A DNA stretch of 64,000 nucleotides from positions 33,363-97,362 of the forward strand of contig JBAZGN010000001.1 of assembly GCA_041652815.1 (NCBI GenBank), given 5' to 3'. Position 1 is the stretch's first letter. Each line of letters begins with the position of its first letter. The translations under genes and the position numbers were made by a program. This document shows, one piece after another, positions 53,644 through 62,932 of the stretch. A model generated the notes under the pieces. The model was not told where the DNA came from. It did no database searches and saw only the letters and a list, made by a program, of their open reading frames with translations. The stretch comes from Candidatus Omnitrophota bacterium. Lineage in GTDB: Bacteria > Omnitrophota > Gorgyraeia > Duberdicusellales > 4484-171.

Positions 53644-54864
53644 TCATTTTTCCTGCGGATTACCTTGGAAAAATGCTGGCTTCATTTCAAATAAATTTTT
53701 AATTTTACCAACTATATCTTTTAAACCCTCTAGCTCTGTATCGTCCGGGACGTAGTTTAAGTACCTTCCCTCAGATATCAATTCCATTCCTGCTTCTTTA
53801 AGTGAATCTTCGAGCTCTTTAAACCCTACTTTTGCCCAACCATAAGAACCAAAGGTAAAGGCGTATCTATTCTTAGGTTTAAGCCCTTTTAAATAGGTAA
53901 GGAAAGCTCCCATATTCGGCAAAACTTTGTTATTTAAAATCGGAGAGCCCACCATCACTACTTTTGCAGAAATTATTTCCGCGATTATGTCGGAAATGTG
54001 GGTATTTTGAAGGTTATACAATTTAACCGGAATATTTTCACAATCAATAAACTCGTATAATGTTTGTGCTATCATTTCCGTTGAATGCCACATTGTATCG
54101 TAGACTATAACGATTGATTTTCCAGTTTCATAATTTGCCCATTTTTTATAAAGGGATAAAATTTTTTCTATATCCTCTTTCTTTCTCCAGATTAAACCAT
54201 GGGAAGGGCAAATCATATCTATCTTTACATCTTTAAGGGCCTCTAAAGCTTTCAATACCTGGCCACCATAAGGCATAACAATATTTGCATAATATTTAGT
54301 TGCTTCTTTAACAACAACATCAATACCAACTTCGTCCGCAAAACGCTCCGAGCTTGCATAATGCTGCCCAAAGGCATCATTGGGAAATAAAATGTTATCC
54401 TCGATAGAATACGTTGCCATTGAATCAGGCCAATGAACCATCGGCATCAGGAAAAATTTTAAATTCCTCCTACCGATATTCAAAGTGTTACCTGAATTGA
54501 CCACTTTAAAATTCCAATTTTTCTTGAAATGCCTTTTTAAACCCTCTTCTCCTTTTGGGGAACAAACAATCTGCGCGTTTGGACAAATCGACAATAATTT
54601 TTCTATTGAGCCAGAGTGGTCCATTTCCGTATGATTTGAAATTATATATTTAATCTTTGAAGGATCTATGATTTCTTTGATACGATAAAGTATTTCTTCA
54701 AACCCATAATGCTTTACCGTATCTATTAAAGTCGGCTGTTCATCGAGAATCAGGTAGGCATTGTAAGTAGAGCCTGATGGTGTTGAGTAGCCGTGAAAGT
54801 TTCTTAAATTCCAGTCAATATAACCTGTCCAGTAAATATTTTCGGCTATTTTAAGCATATGCAT
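53644..54864 (-). CDS. Flavodiiron protein (metallo-beta-lactamase-like + flavodoxin-like), FprA family
   Basis: HxExDH-like motif (NHTEMDHSG), C-terminal flavodoxin-like domain; 406 aa. Confidence 0.75.
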   Translation of the reverse strand: MHMLKIAENIYWTGYIDWNLRNFHGYSTPSGSTYNAYLILDEQPTLIDTVKHYGFEEILYRIKEIIDPSKIKYIISNHTEMDHSGSIEKLLSICPNAQIVCSPKGEEGLKRHFKKNWNFKVVNSGNTLNIGRRNLKFFLMPMVHWPDSMATYSIEDNILFPNDAFGQHYASSERFADEVGIDVVVKEATKYYANIVMPYGGQVLKALEALKDVKIDMICPSHGLIWRKKEDIEKILSLYKKWANYETGKSIVIVYDTMWHSTEMIAQTLYEFIDCENIPVKLYNLQNTHISDIIAEIISAKVVMVGSPILNNKVLPNMGAFLTYLKGLKPKNRYAFTFGSYGWAKVGFKELEDSLKEAGMELISEGRYLNYVPDDTELEGLKDIVGKIKNLFEMKPAFFQGNPQEK

Positions 54865-55002
54865 TAATTTTGTATCATGTCACACGTAGCACGTATCACG
54901 TCTTTAAAACCTGTTACGTCCACTCCAAGTGGACTCGCCTAAATATTTTTATATGGTGGCGAGGTTACCCGTGACGTGATACTTTAACTGGTGCGATTGA
55001 TT

Positions 55003-55164
55003 TCACGTTACTACTTCAAATTGGCTCTTATCCGCCCCGCAAACCGGGCATAACCAGGTATCTGGAAGTTTTTCGAAAGCTATCCCTGGTTCGATGCCTC
55101 CGTCTGGGTCTCCTATTTCCGGGTCATAAATATAACCGCAAACTATACATTTGTACTTTGCCAT
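55003..55164 (-). CDS. Rubredoxin (53 aa, below ORF-track cutoff)
   Basis: Manual translation: [53 protein letters not shown]. Two CxxCG knuckles; GGAGG RBS. Confidence 0.7.
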   Translation of the reverse strand: MAKYKCIVCGYIYDPEIGDPDGGIEPGIAFEKLPDTWLCPVCGADKSQFEVVT

Positions 55165-55194
55165 TTTACACCTCCTGCTTACACAGATTAGTGC

Positions 55195-55380
55195 AGATTT
55201 GGAAACGAATAATCACAAATGTTTAAATCACAATACACAATGAACAAATCACAAACAATATACAATACCGAATACCAAAATCACAAACAAATCTACCGTT
55301 TTGGTCATTGTGATTTTGGTATTGTGATTTGTTTGTAATTTGTGTATTGTAATTTGTGATTTTTAAGAACACCCGTGCCT
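55195..55380. repeat. Palindrome of 'atcacaaa/tttgtgat' units
   Basis: aatcacaaatgtttaaatcacaatacacaatgaacaaatcacaaac ... ggtcattgtgattttggtattgtgatttgtttgtaatttgtgtattgtaatttgtgatt. Confidence 0.7.
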
Positions 55381-55442
55381 ATCCGTGCGTAAAAATTCTA
55401 TCACATATTTTACCAATGTGAAGCCATTAATGAGTATAATTT

Positions 55443-56396
55443 TTACAGTAATTTCTTGGCTCTATTAAACAAATCGTTTATCGCTTTTTTGTTATTAGAG
55501 ATATAACAACCGGCAACGTCAAAATGACCGCCACCGCCGTAATGCTCGGCGAGTTTAGCAACATTAATTTTTCCCTTGGAACGTAAAGACACCCTTAAGG
55601 CATTGCCTTTTTCTCGTAACAATATAGTCACCTTTACGTCATGGATGCTACGCATTTCATCCGCTACCGCATCAACATCCTCTTCTTTACCTTTTATTTT
55701 TTCAAAATCCTTTCTTTTTATTATAGACCAGACTACCTTGCCGTTTTTAAAAAACTTGCAGCGAGAAAGTGCCAACCCTGAAAGGATAGCGGTTTCTTTG
55801 CTCCTCGACCAAAATATCATATCTGCCAACTTATAATAATTCACTCCCTTGTTTGCAAGATATTCGCAAGCCTTAAAGGTGAATGGCCTTACTTTTGGCA
55901 AACGGAAAGAATCGGTTTCAACAATAATTGAAGTTAGTATATTTTCAGCTATTTTCTCGGTAATAGTTACATTCAACTTACTAAGCAGGATAAAAGTAAT
56001 TTCACCCACAGCTGCTGCACCGTTATCTATCAGGGAAATATCTCCAAATGGCCTTCTGAAATCATGGTGGTCAATTTCAAGTATTTTTTTTGCGCGCTTA
56101 AATACCTTTTCGAAATTTTTTCCTAAAACGTCTTTGGCGCTGCAATCAACAGATATCGCCAAATCGCATCTTTTATCTGTTGTCCGCTTTATTTTACCTG
56201 CCGCCGGCAAGCGTTTGTATTTCTTCGGAACCCTATCCTCGCTTAGCATATAAACTTTTTTTCCAAGAGCCTCAAGCCCCATGCCTAAAGATAAAAGTGA
56301 ACCTATGGCGTCACCGTCAGGATTTATATGGCAAGAAACAACTATTGTCTTTGCTTGCAAAATCGCCTTTTCGGCTTTAACTAAATTTTCCAGCAT
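55443..56396 (-). CDS. DHH-family phosphoesterase, NrnA-like (oligoribonuclease / pAp phosphatase)
   Basis: DHH motifs CHINPDGDAIGS, IDHH; DHHA1-like C-terminus with GGGH. Confidence 0.7.
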   Translation of the reverse strand: MLENLVKAEKAILQAKTIVVSCHINPDGDAIGSLLSLGMGLEALGKKVYMLSEDRVPKKYKRLPAAGKIKRTTDKRCDLAISVDCSAKDVLGKNFEKVFKRAKKILEIDHHDFRRPFGDISLIDNGAAAVGEITFILLSKLNVTITEKIAENILTSIIVETDSFRLPKVRPFTFKACEYLANKGVNYYKLADMIFWSRSKETAILSGLALSRCKFFKNGKVVWSIIKRKDFEKIKGKEEDVDAVADEMRSIHDVKVTILLREKGNALRVSLRSKGKINVAKLAEHYGGGGHFDVAGCYISNNKKAINDLFNRAKKLL

Positions 56397-56418
56397 AATT
56401 ATAGTGAATTATTTTGGC

Positions 56419-57264
56419 TTACAACTCATCGATTATTCTCGCCATTATAAAATCATTCTCGCTAAGCCCGGAAACTGCGTGGGTTGTAAGCGTAATTTTT
56501 AATTTATTATAAATCAACGTAAACGTAGGATGATGCCCCTGTTCCTCGGCAATAACGCAAATAAGGTCAAGGAAATATTTTGCCTCGATAAAATCTTTGA
56601 ATTTAAATTCCTTAACTATTTTCTTGTCCTCAACCAATTGCCAATTATGGTACTGGGCAATTAATTTATTTATTTCCTCTTTCGTTAGCCCACCGGAGCC
56701 TACTTCGCAAGGCTCACAATGAGAAGGCAGCGTTTCATGCGTTTTTGCCTGCGGATTAGACACCGCACCATTAAGGGCCGTTAAAGCACTTTCGTAATCC
56801 AACTGGCTGGTAACCTCCGGAGCTATTTGCATATACCTAAGTACATTTGTTTTATCCACAATTGAAACGCTTCTTGCCAGAAGATTTAATTCTTTTATAA
56901 GCAAGCCGTAATTTATGCCGAAGGAAGAAAATCTGTAATCGGAAAGAGTTATCACATTTTTTATATTATTTAAATCGCAGAATCTTTTCTGCGCAAATGG
57001 AAGGTCTTTGCTTATGCCCAGTACAATGATATCTTTTGAAAACGCAACTGCTCTTTTGTTAAACTCTTTGACTTGTAAATCGCAAACCGGGGTATCCATT
57101 GAAGGAAAAGAAGTTATTATTTTTATCTTATCGTTAAAATCATTCAAGGTAACTTCTTTTAAGCCCGTGGAGATAACTTTAAAATTTGGGGCAGTTGCAT
57201 TTAGCTTTAAATTCCTGCCGACAAGCGTTAAAGGTGCGCCCTGGAATTTCGTTTGTCTTTCCAT
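56419..57264 (-). CDS. Fusion: thiol peroxidase (Tpx-type peroxiredoxin) + pterin-4a-carbinolamine dehydratase-like domain
   Basis: N-terminal FPSMDTPVC (Tpx peroxidatic Cys) and resolving Cys; C-terminal ...EEQGHHPTF...YNKLKITLTTH... PCD/DCoH-like. Confidence 0.55.
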   Translation of the reverse strand: MERQTKFQGAPLTLVGRNLKLNATAPNFKVISTGLKEVTLNDFNDKIKIITSFPSMDTPVCDLQVKEFNKRAVAFSKDIIVLGISKDLPFAQKRFCDLNNIKNVITLSDYRFSSFGINYGLLIKELNLLARSVSIVDKTNVLRYMQIAPEVTSQLDYESALTALNGAVSNPQAKTHETLPSHCEPCEVGSGGLTKEEINKLIAQYHNWQLVEDKKIVKEFKFKDFIEAKYFLDLICVIAEEQGHHPTFTLIYNKLKITLTTHAVSGLSENDFIMARIIDEL

Positions 57265-57465
57265 GATTCCTCCCTTTTACGCAGATTAGGATAGTTAAAT
57301 CATAACAGCGCAAAGGATTATCTGCGCTTATTTGTTTATAAATGTGGGGCTCTGTGTTAATAATGATAGTAGCAAAGATAGAATAGGTCAATAATTAAAT
57401 TCTATACAGAATGGGCTTTTTTACCATAAAATCCCCTATAAATCGTTATTTCTATTCTTGTTATC

Positions 57466-58407
57466 GTGTTTTACCCCGCGCCTCACGCCCCACGCCTAAC
57501 GTCCCGCATCCTACATTATTCTGTATGGTATAATATTTATATGCCTTTAATTACGCCATTTGACCCCTGGAGAAACCAATACTGCACCTGTCCGGATAAA
57601 TTCAGCCTATCCCCCTATACCGGCTGCGGACACGCCTGCCTTTACTGTTATGCTTCTTCGTATATAAGAAATTTTTCAAACCCCCGGCCCAAGAAAGATT
57701 TCCTCAAAAGGCTTGAGAACCAGATAAAAAAAATAACAAAGAATTCGATAATAACCATTGCGAATTCATCCGACCCCTATCAACCCATAGAAAAAGAACT
57801 AAAATTAACCCGCAAAATGCTTATACTTTTAGAAAAGTGTGAATTAAAAATAAATATCGTGACGAAATCTATATTGATTTCAAGAGACCTTGACGTTTTA
57901 AAAAATCTGGGAAATGTTGTCGTAAGTTTCACTTTCACCTGCATGGATGAACGGCTGGCACAAAGGCTCGAACCGGGTTGTATTTGCCGGCCTTTGGAGA
58001 AACTTAGAACTATAAGTATGCTTTCAAAATATATTCCTGTAGCTGCACGATTTGACCCTTTGATTTATCCCTTGAATACAACAAATATAAAAGAAACTGT
58101 AAACGCCCTGAGCGATTCCGGAGTAAAACAAATTATTACTTCAACCTATAAAACAAAACCGGATAATTTTAAACGTATGTGCGCACAATTTCCCGAACAT
58201 GCTTTGTTGTGGAAAAATCTCTATTTAACTTGCGGCGAGAGAAAAGGCGGATATAATTACCTTGCTCTTAGCTTGCGGCAAAAACTGGTTGAAGAAGTAA
58301 AAGAAGCGGCCCTCAGCGAGAAACTTAAATTTTCAACTTGCCGGGAGGGATTTTATAACGCGAATACCACCAATTGTGACGGTTCATCACTATTTATCTT
58401 TTCATAA
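57466..58407 (+). CDS. Radical SAM protein, SplB/DNA-photolyase-like family
   Basis: CGHACLYC = CxxxCxxC near the N-terminus; real start probably the Met at 57541 (MPLITPF). Confidence 0.55.
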   Translation: MFYPAPHAPRLTSRILHYSVWYNIYMPLITPFDPWRNQYCTCPDKFSLSPYTGCGHACLYCYASSYIRNFSNPRPKKDFLKRLENQIKKITKNSIITIANSSDPYQPIEKELKLTRKMLILLEKCELKINIVTKSILISRDLDVLKNLGNVVVSFTFTCMDERLAQRLEPGCICRPLEKLRTISMLSKYIPVAARFDPLIYPLNTTNIKETVNALSDSGVKQIITSTYKTKPDNFKRMCAQFPEHALLWKNLYLTCGERKGGYNYLALSLRQKLVEEVKEAALSEKLKFSTCREGFYNANTTNCDGSSLFIFS

Positions 58408-60372
58408 CTCTTTTCCCGCTACAATAAATGTTATATCATCGTGTTGCTCGCGGCTATCGGAAAATTTTAATATATTTTCTCTTATGGCTTCATTTATAGT
58501 TTTGGTATCAAGCGATGCGTTTTGTAATATTAATTTTTTGACATTTTCTATTCCAAATTCTTCGCCTTTACTATTACGCGCCTCATAGAGGCCGTCCGTA
58601 AATAAAAATAGCTTATCTCCTTTTCCTATTGTGCATCTTACCTCTTCATAACTTACCTCTTCAATTATCCCTAACGGAAAACCCGCAGCCAAATCAACAT
58701 CAATTAATTTGCGGCTTGAATTTTTATATACAAATAGCGGAGCATGCCCCGCTGAAGAAATATGCAGAAGATTCTGGCTAATATCTATAATTATATAAAG
58801 ACAGGTAACAAAGCTTCCCTGGAATTTTCCGTAAAGCTCTTTATTCAGCATATTTAGAACAGTTGAACAATTTGAATTTTGACGGCAAAAAATCCTAAAC
58901 TGCGATATAGCCTGAGCCATTATCAAAGCGGCAGAAACGCCTTTTCCGGAAACATCTCCTATTAAAATACCCAGTTTATTTTTATCAAGTTCAACTATAT
59001 CGTATAAATCTCCGGCGACAAATTTTGCAGCCTGCATAAAAGAAGCAACTGCTATGCCGTTAAATTCCTTAGCGGCCTGCGGCAGGAAGCTACGTTGTAT
59101 TGTCCGGGCTATATCAAGTTCATTTTCAAGAATCTGCCTCTTTCTTTCTTCCCGCAAAAATTTGTAAATACCTGAAGCTGAATAAGTAATGACTATGATA
59201 AATAAAGGGAAAAAAGAATCTATCAATATACCGCCATACATAAGAAATATAAATGTGCCAAAGAAATAAACCGCGCCAAGGGCGATGTTAATCAAAAATG
59301 CCTTAAGCGGTGCGAATTTAAGGCATAAACTTAAACTTGTTAGAAAAATAATTATACCTATTAATGCATTGGCGCACGCGCCTATATCTCTTATAAATTT
59401 TTTCTGTATTATGCTGTTAAAAACGGATGCCTGTAATCCCAGCATAGGGTAACTTTTTTCTACTGGAATTGCTCTAAGGTCTGACGTACCTGTTGCGGTT
59501 AAACCTACGAAACAGATTTTATCTTTAAGCATAGATAGATTCAGGTATGGGGTTTTACCTTTATTTATGTCACTATAGGCTTTTAAAATCTCAAAATAAG
59601 AAAGGTGCAAAAACGAGTCTTTCCATTTCGCAGGATAATTAACCAGGAAAGACGCACCTGAAGATACGGGTATAGACAATTTATCATCTATTATTATTGT
59701 GCCGGGTTTTAATAAAACCTTATCTACCTTTAAGCCCAGATAATTGCAGGCTGCGGCAAGAGATAAATGGGGAAAAAGTTTATCCTTATATTTTATAAAA
59801 AGAGGTATTCTCCTCACTTTCCCGTCACTATCAATGAATGTATTGATATGTCCGTATCCGGCAACATGGATTTTGAAAATACTACGGATATCAGAAATCA
59901 TTTCTTCGCTTTCGGCAAAGCTTTGAGTTTTCTTATTTTTATCTTGAGGATAAAACGCAACAGGCAGATATACATTTCCGGATTCTTCCAGCGCAGCGCG
60001 AAACATCTCATCGTTTAGCGTAGGCTCAGCAAAAAGGACATCGATAATTATTTGCTTTACACCATATTCCTTAAGCACTCTTATCAAACTTCCGTGGAAA
60101 TCCCTGGGAAGCGGCCATTTGCCTAAATTTTTTACGGTATCATCAGCTACTTCAATAATTATTATTTTATCCGAAACGGGGAGGCTGGGACGAAGTATGA
60201 GCTTTAAATCATAAAAAATAAGCTCATAGTTATTGAATACCCTGAAATAGGAAAGCAAAAATACCGAAAGGCAGGCAAAAAATATAATCAGAAATTTTAT
60301 TGATATTTTTTTCTTTAAATCTGAAAAAAAAACGAGGCTGCTGACGTAAAAAAGACTTTTAAATTTGTACAT
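58402..60372 (-). CDS. CHASE2 sensor domain protein fused to PP2C/SpoIIE-type serine phosphatase
   Basis: N-terminal TM + CHASE2-like periplasmic region, further TM helices, C-terminal SpoIIE-like (GDVSGKGVSAAL...). Confidence 0.6.
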   Translation of the reverse strand: MYKFKSLFYVSSLVFFSDLKKKISIKFLIIFFACLSVFLLSYFRVFNNYELIFYDLKLILRPSLPVSDKIIIIEVADDTVKNLGKWPLPRDFHGSLIRVLKEYGVKQIIIDVLFAEPTLNDEMFRAALEESGNVYLPVAFYPQDKNKKTQSFAESEEMISDIRSIFKIHVAGYGHINTFIDSDGKVRRIPLFIKYKDKLFPHLSLAAACNYLGLKVDKVLLKPGTIIIDDKLSIPVSSGASFLVNYPAKWKDSFLHLSYFEILKAYSDINKGKTPYLNLSMLKDKICFVGLTATGTSDLRAIPVEKSYPMLGLQASVFNSIIQKKFIRDIGACANALIGIIIFLTSLSLCLKFAPLKAFLINIALGAVYFFGTFIFLMYGGILIDSFFPLFIIVITYSASGIYKFLREERKRQILENELDIARTIQRSFLPQAAKEFNGIAVASFMQAAKFVAGDLYDIVELDKNKLGILIGDVSGKGVSAALIMAQAISQFRIFCRQNSNCSTVLNMLNKELYGKFQGSFVTCLYIIIDISQNLLHISSAGHAPLFVYKNSSRKLIDVDLAAGFPLGIIEEVSYEEVRCTIGKGDKLFLFTDGLYEARNSKGEEFGIENVKKLILQNASLDTKTINEAIRENILKFSDSREQHDDITFIVAGKEL

Positions 60373-60392
60373 GAAGCCTGTAAGTGCGCTTA

Positions 60393-61415
60393 TTAAAAAT
60401 AATACTGCCAGCCGCAGTTTATAACACTTTCGGAATATTCTGCAATATTATCATTGGATGAATTCTGCCGGTAAGTATAATATACAGAAAGGTCATTTTG
60501 TTTGTTCATCTGGTAAGAAAAACCCAATGTCCCCGTATAAAGGCTGTCTCTTTCTTTATAACTCCTTGAAGTCACAACACGCTCATCAAAAATTTTCCTG
60601 ACATAAGAAAGATTGGAAATAAGATACAGCCTCTTTGCTAACTGATAATCGAAATTTAGCGCCCCTTCGTATGATTCATAATCATAAAAATCAACGTAAG
60701 AAACATTTGAATCATTGACTGTAGCTTTTAATTTTAGGGCAAAAATCAGTTTCTTAATAATATTAGAGCCTATTTTATACTCTATGCTGGCGCGCGTATC
60801 GGTGCGGTTATCATCCTGATAGGTATTTATTGTGTCAGCCAAAGCCTTCCTGTCGGTATAATTTTTAAGCCCCGCCTCTAGCTGTAACTTGTGATAAAAG
60901 TTTTTTGATATTTTATGCTTTATATAAGCAAATGCCTTATGGAAAAGAAAATCTTCGTCATCATTGTGCGGATAATAAAATACGCCTAAATCATAGCCTG
61001 CTCCAGTTGTAAATGTAGAAATTTCTTTATGCATGCCCAGCCTAAAATGGTTAAGCAAACTTGAGGCATCGGTAACTTTGTTGTAGTTTAAATAATCCAA
61101 ATCATAATCGAAAGTAAAATTGAGTGTTTTATCGAATTTCTTGGACAAGTTGAAAGAATATAATATCTCTTCATATACATCTTTTGTTCTTACCGGGCTC
61201 AGATTTACATTAGTATCGTAGCCGACGAATAAATTTAACCGTGAAGAAAATTTATAATCCGGGGGAAGCTTAGGCACAATATTTATAGCCCGGGACTTTT
61301 CTTCTTTTTCCTCTTTAAGCTGGCAATACGGAGTATGAGCGCTAAAAACCAAACAGATAGAGAAAAATAGTGGAATTGAAGCTAATTTAATTCGCATAAT
61401 ATCTCCTTGAATCAA
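60393..61415 (-). CDS. Putative outer-membrane beta-barrel protein
   Basis: Signal peptide, alternating amphipathic strands, C-terminal aromatic ...GWQYYF. Confidence 0.4.
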   Translation of the reverse strand: MIQGDIMRIKLASIPLFFSICLVFSAHTPYCQLKEEKEEKSRAINIVPKLPPDYKFSSRLNLFVGYDTNVNLSPVRTKDVYEEILYSFNLSKKFDKTLNFTFDYDLDYLNYNKVTDASSLLNHFRLGMHKEISTFTTGAGYDLGVFYYPHNDDEDFLFHKAFAYIKHKISKNFYHKLQLEAGLKNYTDRKALADTINTYQDDNRTDTRASIEYKIGSNIIKKLIFALKLKATVNDSNVSYVDFYDYESYEGALNFDYQLAKRLYLISNLSYVRKIFDERVVTSRSYKERDSLYTGTLGFSYQMNKQNDLSVYYTYRQNSSNDNIAEYSESVINCGWQYYF

Positions 61416-61426
61416 AACTAATCCTA

Positions 61427-62209
61427 TTATTTATCATAGCGGCCATCGCTATCATCACTGCTTGAACTTTTATGGCTGTTTTCTTCATCCCTTCTTCTAT
61501 CTTCTAGGTTATCGTCTCCATAATCTAACCTGCGCTCATCAAGTGCATCGTTTAACGAATCGCCTTCACCATCATCGACAGAACTATTGTCTCTTAAGTC
61601 ATCTACGTTACTTAAAAATTCTTCCCACTGTAATAAGTCTTCCTTAGAAAGAGCAAATTGCTCGCCTAGTGTTCCACCCTCACACGCCTTGACGCCAAAA
61701 CCGCTTGTTAAACCCCGTTCCCCTGTAGTATCACCCTGGTTAGTAAGCCCTTGTACATATACATTATTTTCAAAGCATTTCACGTTGGCACAACCGGAAG
61801 AAAACTCAACGGACTCGCCTGTTCCTCTTACTCCGGCGATAGCGGTGGGTGTCCTTATTTCGAATTTTTCCACCTTGGCTATATCTTCAATAAGAGAAAA
61901 AACCCTTCCTTTTGGAAGAGATATATCTACTGGCTTTAAATTCTCTAGTTTTATTTGAGAATTTTCTTTTATAGTTAAAATATTTTTAAATTCTTCGTCA
62001 AAGGTAAGCGTGCATTCAGCGCTAACGCCGGTTTTAATTTCCGCCTGCTTATCAAGAAACGTATTTATTTTTGCCTTTTTCCATGCAGAATTTGCTTCTT
62101 TTTTTACCTGGACATCGCCCTTTGTTTCAATAATTTTTGCTGTTTGCGCAAATGCCGCCACAGAAAACATAAACAAAAAAAGCGCAAAGAATGCTATAAT
62201 TTTCTTCAT
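61427..62209 (-). CDS. Secreted FecR-domain protein with acidic C-terminal tail
   Basis: Signal peptide; FecR-like beta-sandwich region; D/E/S-rich tail. Confidence 0.4.
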   Translation of the reverse strand: MKKIIAFFALFLFMFSVAAFAQTAKIIETKGDVQVKKEANSAWKKAKINTFLDKQAEIKTGVSAECTLTFDEEFKNILTIKENSQIKLENLKPVDISLPKGRVFSLIEDIAKVEKFEIRTPTAIAGVRGTGESVEFSSGCANVKCFENNVYVQGLTNQGDTTGERGLTSGFGVKACEGGTLGEQFALSKEDLLQWEEFLSNVDDLRDNSSVDDGEGDSLNDALDERRLDYGDDNLEDRRRDEENSHKSSSSDDSDGRYDK

Positions 62210-62214
62210 ATCAA

Positions 62215-62823
62215 TTACCTCCCCTTTGGTTTGGATAAAAGTTTCCAGGGATTATTTTTTAAATCAGCAGTTAACTCTTCAACATTTTGGGATGTAGATT
62301 CGAGATTCTTGATGATAGAAGAAACTTTATCCTGATTACTGGTAACAGTGTAATTAAGGCTTGCTGAAAGTTTCTTAGCTTCTCCGGTTAAAGCTTCTGT
62401 CTCTTCCATAAGCGCATCTAAATCCATATATGGCTTACCTGTAACAGTGCTTTCAGGTTTCATGAAGCTGCCGCCGTGGGACGCAATCTGTATATATTTT
62501 TCACCCATAAGCCCTAAAGTTTTTATGGAGATAACCGCACCCTCCCTTACCTTTGCCTGAACCGGAAGCCAGAGTTTTAAGGTAATTTTTGTATTATCGC
62601 TATCGTAGCTTACAATAATATCGTCAACTTTTCCAACCTCCAGGCCGTTTAACATAACCGGCGCTTTTTTAGTTAACCCGGCAATTTCATCGAATGTAGC
62701 GTACAAAAAATAACCGGGTTTTTTTATATCAACCTTGCCGGTCCTGAAAGTAATAAAAATAAGTACGCCGATTGAGGCTAACACGAACAATCCCACTTTA
62801 AATTCGTTACCATATTTTTTCAT
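62215..62823 (-). CDS. mlaD: MCE-domain protein MlaD
   Basis: N-terminal TM anchor plus MCE domain. Confidence 0.7.
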   Translation of the reverse strand: MKKYGNEFKVGLFVLASIGVLIFITFRTGKVDIKKPGYFLYATFDEIAGLTKKAPVMLNGLEVGKVDDIIVSYDSDNTKITLKLWLPVQAKVREGAVISIKTLGLMGEKYIQIASHGGSFMKPESTVTGKPYMDLDALMEETEALTGEAKKLSASLNYTVTSNQDKVSSIIKNLESTSQNVEELTADLKNNPWKLLSKPKGR

Positions 62824-62840
62824 GTTACACTCCTTTCATT

Positions 62841-62930
62841 ACACAGATTAGCACAGATGGCACATCACAGATTACCGCAGATAAATTTATCTGTGCACAT
62901 CTGTGATTTATTATCTGTGGTCATCTGTGT
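62841..62930. repeat. Family C palindrome (cacagat/atctgtg units)
   Basis: cacagattagcacagatggcacatcacagattaccgcagataaa / tttatctgtgcacatctgtgatttattatctgtggtcatctgtg. Confidence 0.7.
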
Positions 62931-62932
62931 TT

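Noticed and set aside
57179-57391. 70-aa minus-strand ORF upstream of the Tpx-PCD gene
   Set aside because: Overlaps the 5' end of the Tpx-PCD gene and the divergent promoter region; no RBS or recognisable features.
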